Below are positions 9,174 through 18,612 of a stretch of DNA of 64,000 nucleotides, piece after piece (the stretch's first letter is position 1; every line of letters begins with the position of its first letter). The stretch lies in contig CAWCLU010000001.1 in NCBI GenBank assembly GCA_963796495.1, positions 1,470,631 through 1,534,630 on the forward strand, in the 5' to 3' direction. The position numbers were made by a program, and so were the translations under genes. Source of the stretch: an uncultured Acidobacteriota bacterium. Lineage in GTDB: Bacteria > Acidobacteriota > Terriglobia > Acidiferrales > UBA7541. The notes beneath the pieces are model-generated. The model saw nothing but the letters and a program-made list of their open reading frames with translations, did not search any database and was not told where the DNA came from.

Positions 9174-11162
9174 CTATGGCTTGCCGAGGCTGGCGGCACC
9201 TACCAGCGGGAGGTCGATGTAGGTGTCGTGGGGGGCCGTGCGGTACACCCGCTGCGTGGCTTTCACGTAGTCGGACGGCTTGGCGTAGAAGATGTTCTTG
9301 ACGAAGGTCTGCGGGTTGCGGTCATAGAGCGGGAACCAGCTCGACTGGATCTGCACCATGATCCGGTGCCCCGGCTCGAACACGTGATCCGCCGCCGGCA
9401 GATAGAAGTGGTACAGCAGCGGCTCGTTGGGCGTCAGCGGTGAGGGGTGCGAATAACTCTCGCGGTACCGGCCGCGGAAGATGTCCATCGCGACCGCCAG
9501 TTGGTAACCGCCCATGTCCGGGGCGGATGCATCCTGCTGCGGGTAGACGTCGATCAGCTTCACGACCCAGTCGGAGTCCGTGCCGCTCGTCGAGGCCCAC
9601 AGGTGCACCAGCGGACGCCCCGTAATGCGCACGGGATTCTTCAGCACCGGCGTTTCGTAGGTCAGCACGTCCGGCCGTCCGTCCGCGGGGCGCTGGTCCG
9701 TGACCAGCCAGGTATGCCAGGGCGGCGTTTGTGCCGCGGGAACCGGACGCGGGCGGTAAGGCACGGGATTCGCCGGGTCCGATACGTACTGGTCGTAGCC
9801 GTCTTTCTGGTTGTTGCCAGGCTTGCTGAATCCCAGACCCGAGTCGGGCTCGAGGTACAGCGGCGTCTCGTTGATCGTGCACTCCGGCTCGCAGCCTGGC
9901 CACGACTGGAAGCTCTCCCAGCGGTTGGGACCGGTTACGTAGGCCGTCACCGGCGCCACGTGATCCGGCGGCGCACTGTCTTTCAGGTAGTGCGCGAGCA
10001 GAGGCCTGACGATGTGCTGCTGGTAATAAAGCGCCGTGTCGGACCCGAACTCGAGCGGGCCCAGGTGACTCGCGCTCCGGCTTTCCTGGCCGTGATACCA
10101 GGGGCCCAGGGTCAGGAAGAGTTTCTGGTGGTCGGGATCCTTGGCCTTGAGCGCGCGGTAGGCGGCAAGCGCGCCGTAAATGTCTTCCTGGTCCCATTCG
10201 CCGGCGACGATCATGAGCGGAACCTCCAGCGGCTGTTTGGCCATAATCTTGTCCACCGCCTGATCGCTCCAGAACGCGTCGTAGGAAGGGTGCTCGACGA
10301 TCTTGTTCCAGAAGCCGAGTTGCTGCATGCCGTGCTCGTCGGCCACCTTCGTCGCCGTGCCGGCCTTCAGGTACATGGTGTAATCGTCGAGGTAGTTGGT
10401 CCACCAGGGTTCGGTGTTGGCACGGGTGGCTTCCTGTTCGTAGATATAGGGGATCATCTGTTCACGGAAGGCTCCGTAATGGAACCAGTCGTCGCCGATC
10501 CAACCGTCCACCATCGGGTTTTCCGCGATGACGACTTTCAATGCTTTATCGGGATCGACTTCGCACATCAGCGACTCGAAACCATCGTACGATGTGCCGA
10601 TGACGGCAACTTTGCCGTTGCTCTGCGGCACGTGGGTAGCAAGCCATGCGATCGTGTCGTGGCAGTCCGTCGCATCGGACACCGGCGTCGGGTTCTGCGG
10701 TCCCTGGACCGGGCGGTTCATCACGTAGTCGCCTTCGGAACCGTATTTGCCGCGAACGTCCTGCACGACGCGGATGAACCCTTCCTGAATCAGAACCGGG
10801 GTCACATCATCATCGTGACTCAATTCCACGGCCAGCCGGCCGCTGTTGCCGCCCGAGGTCATGCCGGCCGCATTGTAGGGCGTGCGCGTCAGCACCATTC
10901 CCGCGTGCTCGGCGCCCTTGGGAATCATGATCTCGGTATGCAACTTCACGCCGTCGCGCATCGGGATCATGACGTCGCGGCGGACGTAGTCGAAGCTGCC
11001 CGTTGCCTTCTTGAAGTGTGCCGGCGTCTCGCTGGGCAGGTTGGGATACCGCTCCTTCTGCTGGTGGGGAGCCGCCCAAGCGGTAACGGATAAGGTGAAG
11101 GCCAGTACGCTGAACATGACTGCGACGCACACCGGCAGGCGCGTCCTGGATAGCGGTTTCAT
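9174..11162 (-). CDS. CocE/NonD-family hydrolase (X-Pro dipeptidyl-peptidase S15-like), secreted
   Basis: 662 aa with a signal peptide. Segments VMIPMRDGVKLHTEIMIPKG, VLTRTPYNA, GKVAVIGTSYDGF (nucleophile elbow) and a C-terminal beta-sandwich part are typical of the family. Confidence 0.88.
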   Translation of the reverse strand: MKPLSRTRLPVCVAVMFSVLAFTLSVTAWAAPHQQKERYPNLPSETPAHFKKATGSFDYVRRDVMIPMRDGVKLHTEIMIPKGAEHAGMVLTRTPYNAAGMTSGGNSGRLAVELSHDDDVTPVLIQEGFIRVVQDVRGKYGSEGDYVMNRPVQGPQNPTPVSDATDCHDTIAWLATHVPQSNGKVAVIGTSYDGFESLMCEVDPDKALKVVIAENPMVDGWIGDDWFHYGAFREQMIPYIYEQEATRANTEPWWTNYLDDYTMYLKAGTATKVADEHGMQQLGFWNKIVEHPSYDAFWSDQAVDKIMAKQPLEVPLMIVAGEWDQEDIYGALAAYRALKAKDPDHQKLFLTLGPWYHGQESRSASHLGPLEFGSDTALYYQQHIVRPLLAHYLKDSAPPDHVAPVTAYVTGPNRWESFQSWPGCEPECTINETPLYLEPDSGLGFSKPGNNQKDGYDQYVSDPANPVPYRPRPVPAAQTPPWHTWLVTDQRPADGRPDVLTYETPVLKNPVRITGRPLVHLWASTSGTDSDWVVKLIDVYPQQDASAPDMGGYQLAVAMDIFRGRYRESYSHPSPLTPNEPLLYHFYLPAADHVFEPGHRIMVQIQSSWFPLYDRNPQTFVKNIFYAKPSDYVKATQRVYRTAPHDTYIDLPLVGAASLGKP

Positions 11163-11503
11163 TGGACCTCCTTGCCACGTTTCAGAGCCTGAACATCATA
11201 CTCCGAGCCCAAAGCGGTGTGGGATCGAAAACCATGAACCCGCAGCTGTAGGTTCATGCGCTAAGCTCGCGCGGGATTTCGACGCGGGCTTGCATCATCC
11301 CGCTCCACAACCCGCGATAGTCACCGGCCAGCACGTTCCCGCTGCGCGTCGGTTTCCGGCTGCAACAGGGGCATACGGGCATCCAGCCGTCAACACGAAC
11401 CGGGCATGGCAGTCTCCGGTGCTGAAGGTCGAAGCGAGAAAAAACGATTTGCTATACTCGGCCAGGCGCCGAGTGTACAAGTAGGAATATCCGGGAGGTC
11501 AAA

Positions 11504-12088
11504 ATGGAAACCTCAGATCCTAACCGCAAGGGAGATCGACAGGCCGATTCGAAGCCCAAGAGCCGGGTGGACTTGGACAAGATGCGCGTGGAGTACGAGA
11601 AGTTCCGCGAGAGCGCGAGGACACGACCGAATCGCGGGCAAATCACGATTCGCGCCGTGGCGAATATCCTGGAAAACGTTCACCTGGAAGGCAGGGCGCG
11701 CGGTTTTCGCTTCGAAAGCGACGAACCCGAGGAGCGCGGCGGCACCAACCTGGGCCCGGCTCCCCTGTCGTTTTTCGTCATCGGCGCCGCTTTTTGACTG
11801 CTCACCCAGATTGCGCGGTTCGCGCATCTTTACGATGTTCCCATCGAAGAGGGCAAGGTTGAGGTTCGCTGCGGCTTTGATGTCTCGGACAAGCTCGGCC
11901 TGGACGGCCCCGGCGCCGCCTTTGACAGCATCAGTTTCGCCGTCGACTTGCAAAGTCCCGCACCGCCCGAGCAGGTGAAAAAACTGATCGAACACGCGCG
12001 GCGCGGCTGCCATGCAGAGCAAAGTTTCGGGCATCCAATCCCGGTCACCGCTTCGGCCAAGCTGAACGGGAGTGACCTGGAGCTTTAA
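11504..12088 (+). CDS. OsmC/Ohr-family peroxiredoxin-like protein with in-frame TGA (candidate selenocysteine) at codon 98
   Basis: The ORF track stops at TGA 11795..11797. The same frame continues with no further stop to TAA 12086..12088. N-part ...GTNLGPAPLSFFVIGAAF and C-part LLTQIARFAHLY...EHARRGCHAEQSF together make one OsmC fold. The TGA sits where the first conserved Cys lies. GGGAGG Shine-Dalgarno precedes ATG 11504. Confidence 0.6.
11808..11830 (+). promoter_or_regulatory. candidate bacterial SECIS hairpin
   Basis: AGAUUGCGCG-GUU-CGCGCAUCU starts 10 nt after the UGA. It has a 6-bp GC-rich upper stem, one bulged U, a 3-bp lower stem and a GU-containing apical loop about 21 nt from the UGA. 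Confidence 0.45.
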
Positions 12089-12287
12089 CGCGCTCCAGCC
12101 CGGCCTTCAGAATGCGTGTGCGGGTCCAGTGCTGCGCCTCAACCGCGCCTGACCCACATCGCCCTCACTCGCCTTCTAGAGGCTGTCGAATCCCTCACGG
12201 CCGCGCTGGCTGACACCACTCCTGACACCGGCCATTTTCCGCGCGCACGCCGCAAACCGCGATTGCTACCTAACTGGAAAGGAATGC

Positions 12288-12375
12288 TGGTGCCGGAGGA
12301 GGGGGTCGAACCCACACGGTGCTAAGCACCACGAGATTTTGAGTCTCGCGCGTCTGCCAGTTCCGCCACTCCGGC
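12288..12375 (-). tRNA. tRNA-Leu (anticodon CAA), type II with long variable arm, CCA encoded
   Basis: The reverse complement GCCGGAGTGGCGGAACTGGCAGACGCGCGAGACTCAAAATCTCGTGGTGCTTAGCACCGTGTGGGTTCGACCCCCTCCTCCGGCACCA folds into a cloverleaf. Acceptor GCCGGAG/CTCCGGC, anticodon stem CGAGA/TCTCG with loop CTCAAAA, T-loop TTCGACC. There is one U-U mismatch in the T stem. Confidence 0.88.
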
Positions 12376-12576
12376 CTAGTTGACGGGCAAGGATTTAGTG
12401 GCTTCCTCACCGCCCTGTCGCCGAGCAATTCTAGCAGCGTTCGAATGGCAGTGCCAGACATCACCAGCCGACTTGCAAACGTTTGCCTCAAATCAGGCCA
12501 ACCCTCGCGGCCTGCCGGCAAACGTAACCCTGCTCGACTTGACGCAACCGCGCCGCTCGGCTAGCTTTTCTAACCC

Positions 12577-13192
12577 ATGCCCACGCTCCAGGAGCAATTC
12601 GGCCAGATCGACATCTATCTTTTCGACCAGCTTCTGAAAGGCCGCATCTCACCCGGAATGCGAATCTTGGACGCCGGATGCGGTTCCGGCCGAAACCTCG
12701 TCTACTTCCTGCGGGAAGGGTACGAAGTTTACGCCGCGGACTCGGACGCGCAGTCCGTGGAAAGCGTCCGCTCCCTCGCCCGGAAGTTCGCGCCCGCGCT
12801 TCCGGCGTCGAATTTTCGAGTCGAAGCCGTCGAACAAATGTCTTTCGACGATGCCTGCGCGGACGTGGTCATCAGCAACACCGTCCTCCATCTCGCTCGC
12901 GACGACGCGCAGTTCGAGTCCATGCTGCTGGGATCCTGGCGCGTTCTGAAGCCCGGCGGGCTCTTCTTCTGCCGCCTCGCATCCTCGATCGGCATGGAGA
13001 GCCAGTTCAAACGCATCCAGGGACGCCGCTTTCAATGCGCCGGATGGCGCGGAGCGGTATCTGGTGGACGAAGCGCTGCTCGCCTCGCTAACCGAACGGC
13101 TTGGCGGCGAACTGGTCGAGCCGCTGAAGACCACCGTTGTCCAAAATCAACGCTCGATGACCACATGGGTCGTGCGGAAGAAACCGCTGTGA
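12577..13192 (+). pseudogene. class I SAM-dependent methyltransferase, reading frame broken by a +1 shift near 13035
   Basis: N-part has ILDAGCGSGRNLVYF (motif I) and LKPGGLFF. After ..KRIQGRRFQ the homologous continuation PDGAERYLVDEALLASLTERLGGELVEPLKTTVVQNQRSMTTWVVRKKPL* lies in the next frame and ends at TGA 13190..13192. Confidence 0.75.
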
Positions 13193-13458
13193 GGGCGATT
13201 CCGGGCGTTTGTACGCGAGCCCCAAAATCTCCGCGACGGTCCTTGCGCTAAACTGCGTAAAACTGAAACTTATTGCATCCATCGGCATGGGTGGCATGGG
13301 CGAAGTGTGGAAGGCGCATGATCCCCGCCTTCCGTTCGGCGCGCTGAGCTTCGCGGCGGGGATTCGTTGATGCCGGAGCGGGGTTCAAGACACGCGTCGG
13401 ACGCGGCGGGGCCGGTAGCGCGGAGTGGCGCACGTTCGATAGAATCAACGATTGGGCT

Positions 13459-13485
13459 GTAGGGGCGGGTTTCAAACCCGCCCTC
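13459..13485. repeat. GC-rich palindrome
   Basis: GTAGGGGCGGGTTTCAAACCCGCCCTC. 10-bp arms GGGCGGGTTT/AAACCCGCCC. Confidence 0.6.
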
Positions 13486-13504
13486 GGCGGCGCAATAAAT
13501 CGAT

Positions 13505-14830
13505 ATGAGCGAATCGCACAACCAGAACTCGCCGGATTCCGCGGCGCCGATTCGGGCGCGGCGGGCGACCGTGGGCGTCCAGGTGGGCCGCGTGACGGTG
13601 GGCGGCGGCGCGCCGGTCGTCGTGCAGTCGATGACGAACACGGACACGGCCGACGCAGCAGGCACCGCGCGGCAGTGCATCGAGCTGGCGCAGGCCGGCT
13701 CGGAGATGGTGCGCGTCACGGTGAACGTGCCGGAAGCGGCGGCGGCGGTGCCGGAGATCAAGCAGCGCATGCTCGACGCCGGGTGCCACGCTCCGCTCAT
13801 CGGCGATTTCCATTACAACGGACACGTGCTGCTGACCAAGTACCCGGAATGTGCGCGGGCGCTCGACAAGTACCGGATCAATCCCGGCAACGTCGGCAAG
13901 GGCACGCGGCGCGACGAACAGTTTTCGACGATTTGCAAGGTCGCCGTCGACAACCAGAAACCAGTTCGCATCGGCGTCAACGCCGGTTCGCTGAACCAGG
14001 AACTGGTGATGCAGAAAATGCAGGAGAATACCGACCGTAATCTGGGCCGCACGTCGGAAGAGATCATCAACGAGTGCATGGTGCTTTCGGCGCTCCAATC
14101 GACCGAACTGGCCATCGCCTCCGGCCTGCGCAAGGACCAGATCATCATCTCCTGCAAGATTTCGCGGCCACGCGATCTCATCTCCATCTACCGCGACCTT
14201 TCCGCCAAAACCGATCAACCGCTGCATCTGGGGCTGACCGAAGCCGGCATGGGCGCGAAAGGATTGATTTGGTCCGCGGGATCGATGGCGGTGCTGCTCG
14301 CCGAAGGGATTGGCGATACGATCCGGATTTCGCTCACGCCGCGTCCCGGCGGCGATCGCCGCGAAGAAGTCTACGCGGCGTGCGAATTGCTCCAGGCCTT
14401 GGGCCTGCGCTCGTTCGCGCCGTCGGTGACGGCCTGCCCCGGCTGCGGCCGCACCACCAGCAGCACGTTCCAGGAACTCGCCGAGCGCGTTCAAGACTAC
14501 ATCCGCGACCGCATGCCGGAATGGAAGCGGCAATACGAAGGCGTCGAGGAACTGACGCTCGCGGTGATGGGCTGCATCGTGAACGGGCCGGGCGAATCGA
14601 AAGCCGCGAACATCGGAATCAGCCTGCCGGGAACGGGCGAGGAACCCGCCTGCCCGGTCTACATCGACGGCCAGAAAGTCACCACGCTGCGCGGGACGTA
14701 CGACGAATTGTCGGCCGCGTTTCGCGCGCTGCTGGAAGATTACGTTGCTTCGAAGTATCGGCGGCGCACTGTGGATTCGCCGGAACCCGTTGCGCCCGCG
14801 CCTACCAATACCCTCCGCATCGTTTCCTAA
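13505..14830 (+). CDS. ispG: 4-hydroxy-3-methylbut-2-en-1-yl diphosphate synthase (flavodoxin)
   Basis: 441 aa. Segments [27 protein letters not shown] and the Fe-S cysteines in ACPGCGRT ... [11 protein letters not shown]. Confidence 0.93.
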   Translation: MSESHNQNSPDSAAPIRARRATVGVQVGRVTVGGGAPVVVQSMTNTDTADAAGTARQCIELAQAGSEMVRVTVNVPEAAAAVPEIKQRMLDAGCHAPLIGDFHYNGHVLLTKYPECARALDKYRINPGNVGKGTRRDEQFSTICKVAVDNQKPVRIGVNAGSLNQELVMQKMQENTDRNLGRTSEEIINECMVLSALQSTELAIASGLRKDQIIISCKISRPRDLISIYRDLSAKTDQPLHLGLTEAGMGAKGLIWSAGSMAVLLAEGIGDTIRISLTPRPGGDRREEVYAACELLQALGLRSFAPSVTACPGCGRTTSSTFQELAERVQDYIRDRMPEWKRQYEGVEELTLAVMGCIVNGPGESKAANIGISLPGTGEEPACPVYIDGQKVTTLRGTYDELSAAFRALLEDYVASKYRRRTVDSPEPVAPAPTNTLRIVS

Positions 14831-14850
14831 GGTGCCGAGCTTTGTGGAAG

Positions 14851-14882
14851 GCCCACGGTCAGGAAGGCACTGACCGCGGCTA
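14851..14882 (+). repeat. REP family C palindrome
   Basis: GCCCACGGTCAGGAAGGCACTGACCGCGGCTA. Nearly identical to 20590..20621. Confidence 0.75.
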
Positions 14883-15082
14883 CCAAAGCCATTACGCTGC
14901 GTGCGTTGGTGTTCCTGGAAGCTGATTCCTGGCGGCGCTAATCGCGCCAATCACTTCGTAAGAGCCCAGCCTCGTTCCCGGTTTCAATTCCATTGCGCGG
15001 CATTTAGGGGCTGAGCACCCGATTTTCCAGTTCAGTGAATGCGGCGATGTTTGCACGTGGCCAGATGTGGTGGCACACAAGC

Positions 15083-15107
15083 GCACGGGCAGCAGTGCCC
15101 GTGCCAC
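15083..15107. repeat. REP family B palindrome
   Basis: GCACGGGCAGCAGTGCCCGTGCCAC. Confidence 0.65.
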
Positions 15108-15121
15108 TTACAACCCAGGCT

Positions 15122-16063
15122 TCAGCGATGGAGGAGGGATTCTACTTCGCCTAACGGAGACATGGCGCGGGCGCCGACGTGGGTGCAGCAGAGGGCGGCG
15201 CAGGCGTTGGCGAAGCGGCCGGCATCGGCGGGGGCGCGGCCTTTCAGCAATGCGTAGGAGAAGCCGCCGAGGAAAGCATCGCCCGCACCGGTGGTATCGA
15301 CGACCTGAACGCGGAAGCCCGGGCAATGCGCGACCCCCTCGCGCGTTGCGACGAGACACCCTTCGGCGCCCATTGTTAGCGCGACCATAGCCGGGCCGCT
15401 ATCGAGCAGATTTTCCGCCATGCGAGCCGGATCCTCGTCGCCTGTGAGTTCGCGCGCGGCGGCTTTGCAAGGTTTCAGCACGTCGGTGAGCGCGAGCGCT
15501 TCGCCGAGTTCGGCTTCGGTGCCGAGGCCGGCGGCGAGGAAATCGCGCGGGCTTACGTCGAGATCGAAGAAGACGCGGACGCCGGCATGGTGGGCAACTC
15601 GCATGGCTTCGATGACGGGCGCGAGGGGGAGCTGCGAGGCTTCGGTGTGGAAATGGCGCGCGGCGCGGATGTGCGGGGCGAAGCGGTCGCGAATCTGCGC
15701 GGCGGTGACGCGGGCGGTGATGTTCGGGAACATGTAGATCAGGCGGTCGCCTTGCGCGTCGACGGGAATCCACGTGAAGGAAGACCGTTCGCCGGGAACG
15801 ACCTCGAGGCCCGTGATGTCCATTCCGTCCTCGACGAACTGGCTGCGAATGATTTCAGCGTTGGCGTCGTCGCCGAGGAGGCCAATCCAGCCGGAACGCG
15901 CCCCTAGACGGGCTACCTGCGTGAGATTATTCGCGGTGACTCCGCCGGCGTAGATTTCGAGGCGCGGCACGTTGATTTTTTCTTCCGCGCCGATCAGGCG
16001 CGGCACCAAGGCGAAAAAATCCACCGTGCAACTGCCGAGCCCAACCACTTCGGCTGCGTCCAT
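15122..16063 (-). CDS. PfkB-family carbohydrate kinase (ribokinase-like)
   Basis: 313 aa. Segments GGVTANNL, GDDANAE and the C-terminal signature DTTGAGDAFLGGF. Confidence 0.85.
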   Translation of the reverse strand: MDAAEVVGLGSCTVDFFALVPRLIGAEEKINVPRLEIYAGGVTANNLTQVARLGARSGWIGLLGDDANAEIIRSQFVEDGMDITGLEVVPGERSSFTWIPVDAQGDRLIYMFPNITARVTAAQIRDRFAPHIRAARHFHTEASQLPLAPVIEAMRVAHHAGVRVFFDLDVSPRDFLAAGLGTEAELGEALALTDVLKPCKAAARELTGDEDPARMAENLLDSGPAMVALTMGAEGCLVATREGVAHCPGFRVQVVDTTGAGDAFLGGFSYALLKGRAPADAGRFANACAALCCTHVGARAMSPLGEVESLLHR

Positions 16064-16312
16064 GAATGTGTCTCCCGTTCTTGCACTGAATTACCCGCAG
16101 GGCTCCCGGGCGGTTACTCTATCAGCGAGACAAGGCCTCCGCCAGAGGTCCGCGGCGTGCTAAGGAAACCAGGTCCCCTGGGCCGGCCTCCCGTAGCTAG
16201 TCCTTGCCTTAGCTACGGGTCAACGCCCGCACGACATCAGTAAATTCTTAGAAAAAATGATTGACTTCCTGACCAGGGGGGGTAAGGTCCGGGGCAATTC
16301 AGGGGAGGCGCT

Positions 16313-17189
16313 ATGACAAGACGGCTTGGGCCTTCCACTTGGTTGTTCTTGGTTCCCCTTGCGGCAATTGCACTCTACTTCGGCCCGGGAAGAGGGGCAG
16401 CACCCTCTGTTGTCCAGGCGAGTTCCGGGGGCTCTTTCGATCCGTCTGTGGCCCTCGAGAACACGAACAGCGGCAGCACGGGCGGCATGGCTCAATATGG
16501 AACCGCCGAGCAAGTATCCACGTCTCTCTCCGCCACCCAACAGGCGGTCAACAACTGGAACGGATATATCGGCAGCAGAGCGGACTGGTACTTCTCCAGC
16601 AGCGACGTGACCACGATCGCTGATGCTGACTGGAACGCACGGCAGGCGGGTTCCCCAACGATCACGGCAAGCCAGATGGCATCGGCCGCGAACCAGCTCA
16701 TCGTCAATACCCTGGCCACGATGAGCGCTTCCAACCAAGAATCCCTCTTTAACCAGTACGCCTATGTAAGTTCGCCCAACGGGGGCGACCCCCCCGAACA
16801 ACAGTGCCGGGGGGAGTTTCTACACAAACTGGCCGGACCCGAACGTTTCGGCGACGCAGAACTCCAACGGTACCTGGACCGTGACGGTAAGTGCCAACGA
16901 GTTTTCCTCCCTCAAATCGTTCTTTCAGCAGTACGCCCCTGGGATGGTGAGCTCCGGTTCCAATTTCTACCCGGGTGAGGCGATGCTCGTATTCTACAGC
17001 GCGGCCACGGGCGACTTAGGATACGGAGGCTCTTTCACGACAAACATGTCGCAGATCTACGGGGCGATGACGGGACTTTACCCCGGGACGTACCCTTTCG
17101 GGGACGGCGGATATACCTGCAAGCGTCCCCTAAATGCTTTCCTGACGGAGGCTAACCTAGGCCAGCTTTTCTCCAGCCTGGGTTTCTGA
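16313..17189 (+). pseudogene. secreted hypothetical protein, split by a +1 shift at a C7/G-run region (16781..16814)
   Basis: ORFs 16313..16978 and 16881..17189. Removing one C from the C7 run (16789..16795) joins ...YAYVSSPNGGDPP to NNSAGGSFYTNWPDPNVSATQNSNGTWTVTVSANEFSSLKS... N-terminal signal/TM segment present. No known domain recognised. Confidence 0.55.
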
Positions 17190-17210
17190 GCCCGGCAGGG
17201 GGAGGATACG

Positions 17211-17921
17211 ATGCGCCGTCGGCTACTTCAGGTCGCACTGTTCACCATGCTTGCTGTCGTGTTTGGGGCCTGCACCGTGCCCTGTAATACCGGAATTCAG
17301 ATGGAAATCACGGGACCGCCGAACGATATCGGCACATGGACGTCCGATCATTACGGAACCGGCTGCTCAGAGTGCGGCCAAGCCGGCGACCCGTTCAAAC
17401 TGGACTCAGGCGGCGTAGCCTACATTCCGAACATCGCCGTCGCCCTAACGGCCAACACCTGGACCGTCTATGGCAATGACGGCTGTATGGGAACGAGTAC
17501 GTGGGGCAATAGCTGTCCGGCGGTGATCCGCGTCACTTGTTTGCTGCCCGCGGTGGGGGCAGCCCGCGGCGACGCGACGGTTAACGGTACAGAATCCGAA
17601 ACATACGTCAGCGGTCATCCTATCTGGAATATGGGGTCTGTAGGCATTACCATGGACGGCCAAACGGTCAGCGCCTCCTATGGACGGTATTCAACCGCAA
17701 CAAGCGTTGCGCTGAATTTGGCTGGGGCCATTCAAGCCAACCCCACTCTGGCGGCCCAGTTCACTTCGGCCGGCTTGGGTACGGACACCAAGCTCGCAGC
17801 GCTCAACGGAGGGAGCCAGTATGCCTATCCTTGGCAGACATCATGCACATACGGTCCTGGCTTCCACTCCTGCTCGTTTTGGGTCACGCTCCAGCCGTCA
17901 GGCTCGCTCACGACCCAGTAG
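17211..17921 (+). CDS. Cys-rich lipoprotein, hypothetical
   Basis: 236 aa. Signal peptide with lipobox AVVFGAC. Many cysteines in the mature part. No recognisable domain. Lower GC than the flanks. Confidence 0.6.
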   Translation: MRRRLLQVALFTMLAVVFGACTVPCNTGIQMEITGPPNDIGTWTSDHYGTGCSECGQAGDPFKLDSGGVAYIPNIAVALTANTWTVYGNDGCMGTSTWGNSCPAVIRVTCLLPAVGAARGDATVNGTESETYVSGHPIWNMGSVGITMDGQTVSASYGRYSTATSVALNLAGAIQANPTLAAQFTSAGLGTDTKLAALNGGSQYAYPWQTSCTYGPGFHSCSFWVTLQPSGSLTTQ

Positions 17922-17952
17922 GGATGCCTTGCCAAGGCAGACATTACAGACC

Positions 17953-18612
17953 ATGGCTTGCTCCCGGGGTAGAGGCCGCTTTCTGAAGTACTGGGGATCG
18001 CTGATTTGCGTCTTGGCGTTACCGCTGGCCAGTCTGGCCCAAGCGAAAGGGCACCGGTCGAGATTCGACCTCTTCGTTGAGGGCGGCGGATCGTTCATGA
18101 TGCCGAAAACTGCATCTCAAGTAATCGGGTTCGCGGCTCCGATCTTAGGCCCAATTGTCGCTCGCGAAACGGTGACGTTGCAGGACTCGGGCCGACTGTT
18201 CGCCGGCGCTGACTTTTGGTTCACGCAGCACGACGCGATTCAGGCGAGCTACGCCTACAACTCAGCCGACATGACCGAATCGACCAAACCTCTCGATCCC
18301 CCGATCGGAGGGGGCTGGGGCTTGTTCATCGAGAGAGCGCACACGCTATCCTTCGACTATATGCACTCGTTTCCGGCCGGCTCGCGCTGGCAAATTCTCC
18401 TGATGGCCGGAATTGGAAAGATTTGGAGGACCTCACACGAGCCCGGATCATTCGTAGGCAATTTGGGCGCCGGAGCGGAGTTCTCTCTCACACGCCACTG
18501 GGGCATTCGTGCGGAGTATAGAGACTTCATGATGCCTTACCCCACGGCGGGGTTTGTCGGCGGCATGGCGAACAACCACGCTCCCACGATTGGGCTTGTC
18601 TACCATTTCTGA
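17953..18612 (+). CDS. outer-membrane beta-barrel protein (OmpW/OmpA-beta-barrel-like)
   Basis: ORF 17821..18612. Start at ATG 17953 gives the signal peptide ...ALPLASLAQA. Alternating hydrophobic strands and a terminal aromatic residue (...TIGLVYHF) are typical of OM barrels. Confidence 0.65.
   Translation: MACSRGRGRFLKYWGSLICVLALPLASLAQAKGHRSRFDLFVEGGGSFMMPKTASQVIGFAAPILGPIVARETVTLQDSGRLFAGADFWFTQHDAIQASYAYNSADMTESTKPLDPPIGGGWGLFIERAHTLSFDYMHSFPAGSRWQILLMAGIGKIWRTSHEPGSFVGNLGAGAEFSLTRHWGIRAEYRDFMMPYPTAGFVGGMANNHAPTIGLVYHF

Noticed and set aside
11295-11480. 61-aa minus-strand ORF and a Cys-rich reading (..CPVRVDGWMPVCPCCSRK..) between the CocE-like and OsmC-like genes
   Set aside because: No start codon with a ribosome-binding site, a very short frame and no conservation signal I can assess. 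This is probably chance or a remnant.
12089-12576. tRNA-Leu as an integration hotspot or genomic-island border
   Set aside because: There is no integrase gene on either side. I saw no direct repeat of the tRNA 3' end nearby. The flanking genes (OsmC-like, methyltransferase) look ordinary.
13472-14950. 492-aa minus-strand ORF. Similar long antisense ORFs are 9447..11093(+), 22732..24087(+), 25839..27257(-), 36598..38061(-), 49821..51761(+), 58094..59218(-), 59345..61006(-), 62776..63984(-) and 5590..6846(+).
   Set aside because: Each lies opposite a gene with unambiguous family signatures (ispG, CocE-like, mlaD, GH35, gcvPB, Ig-like protein, EPS genes, transposase). Each translates to Arg/Gly/Ala/Pro-rich text without motifs.
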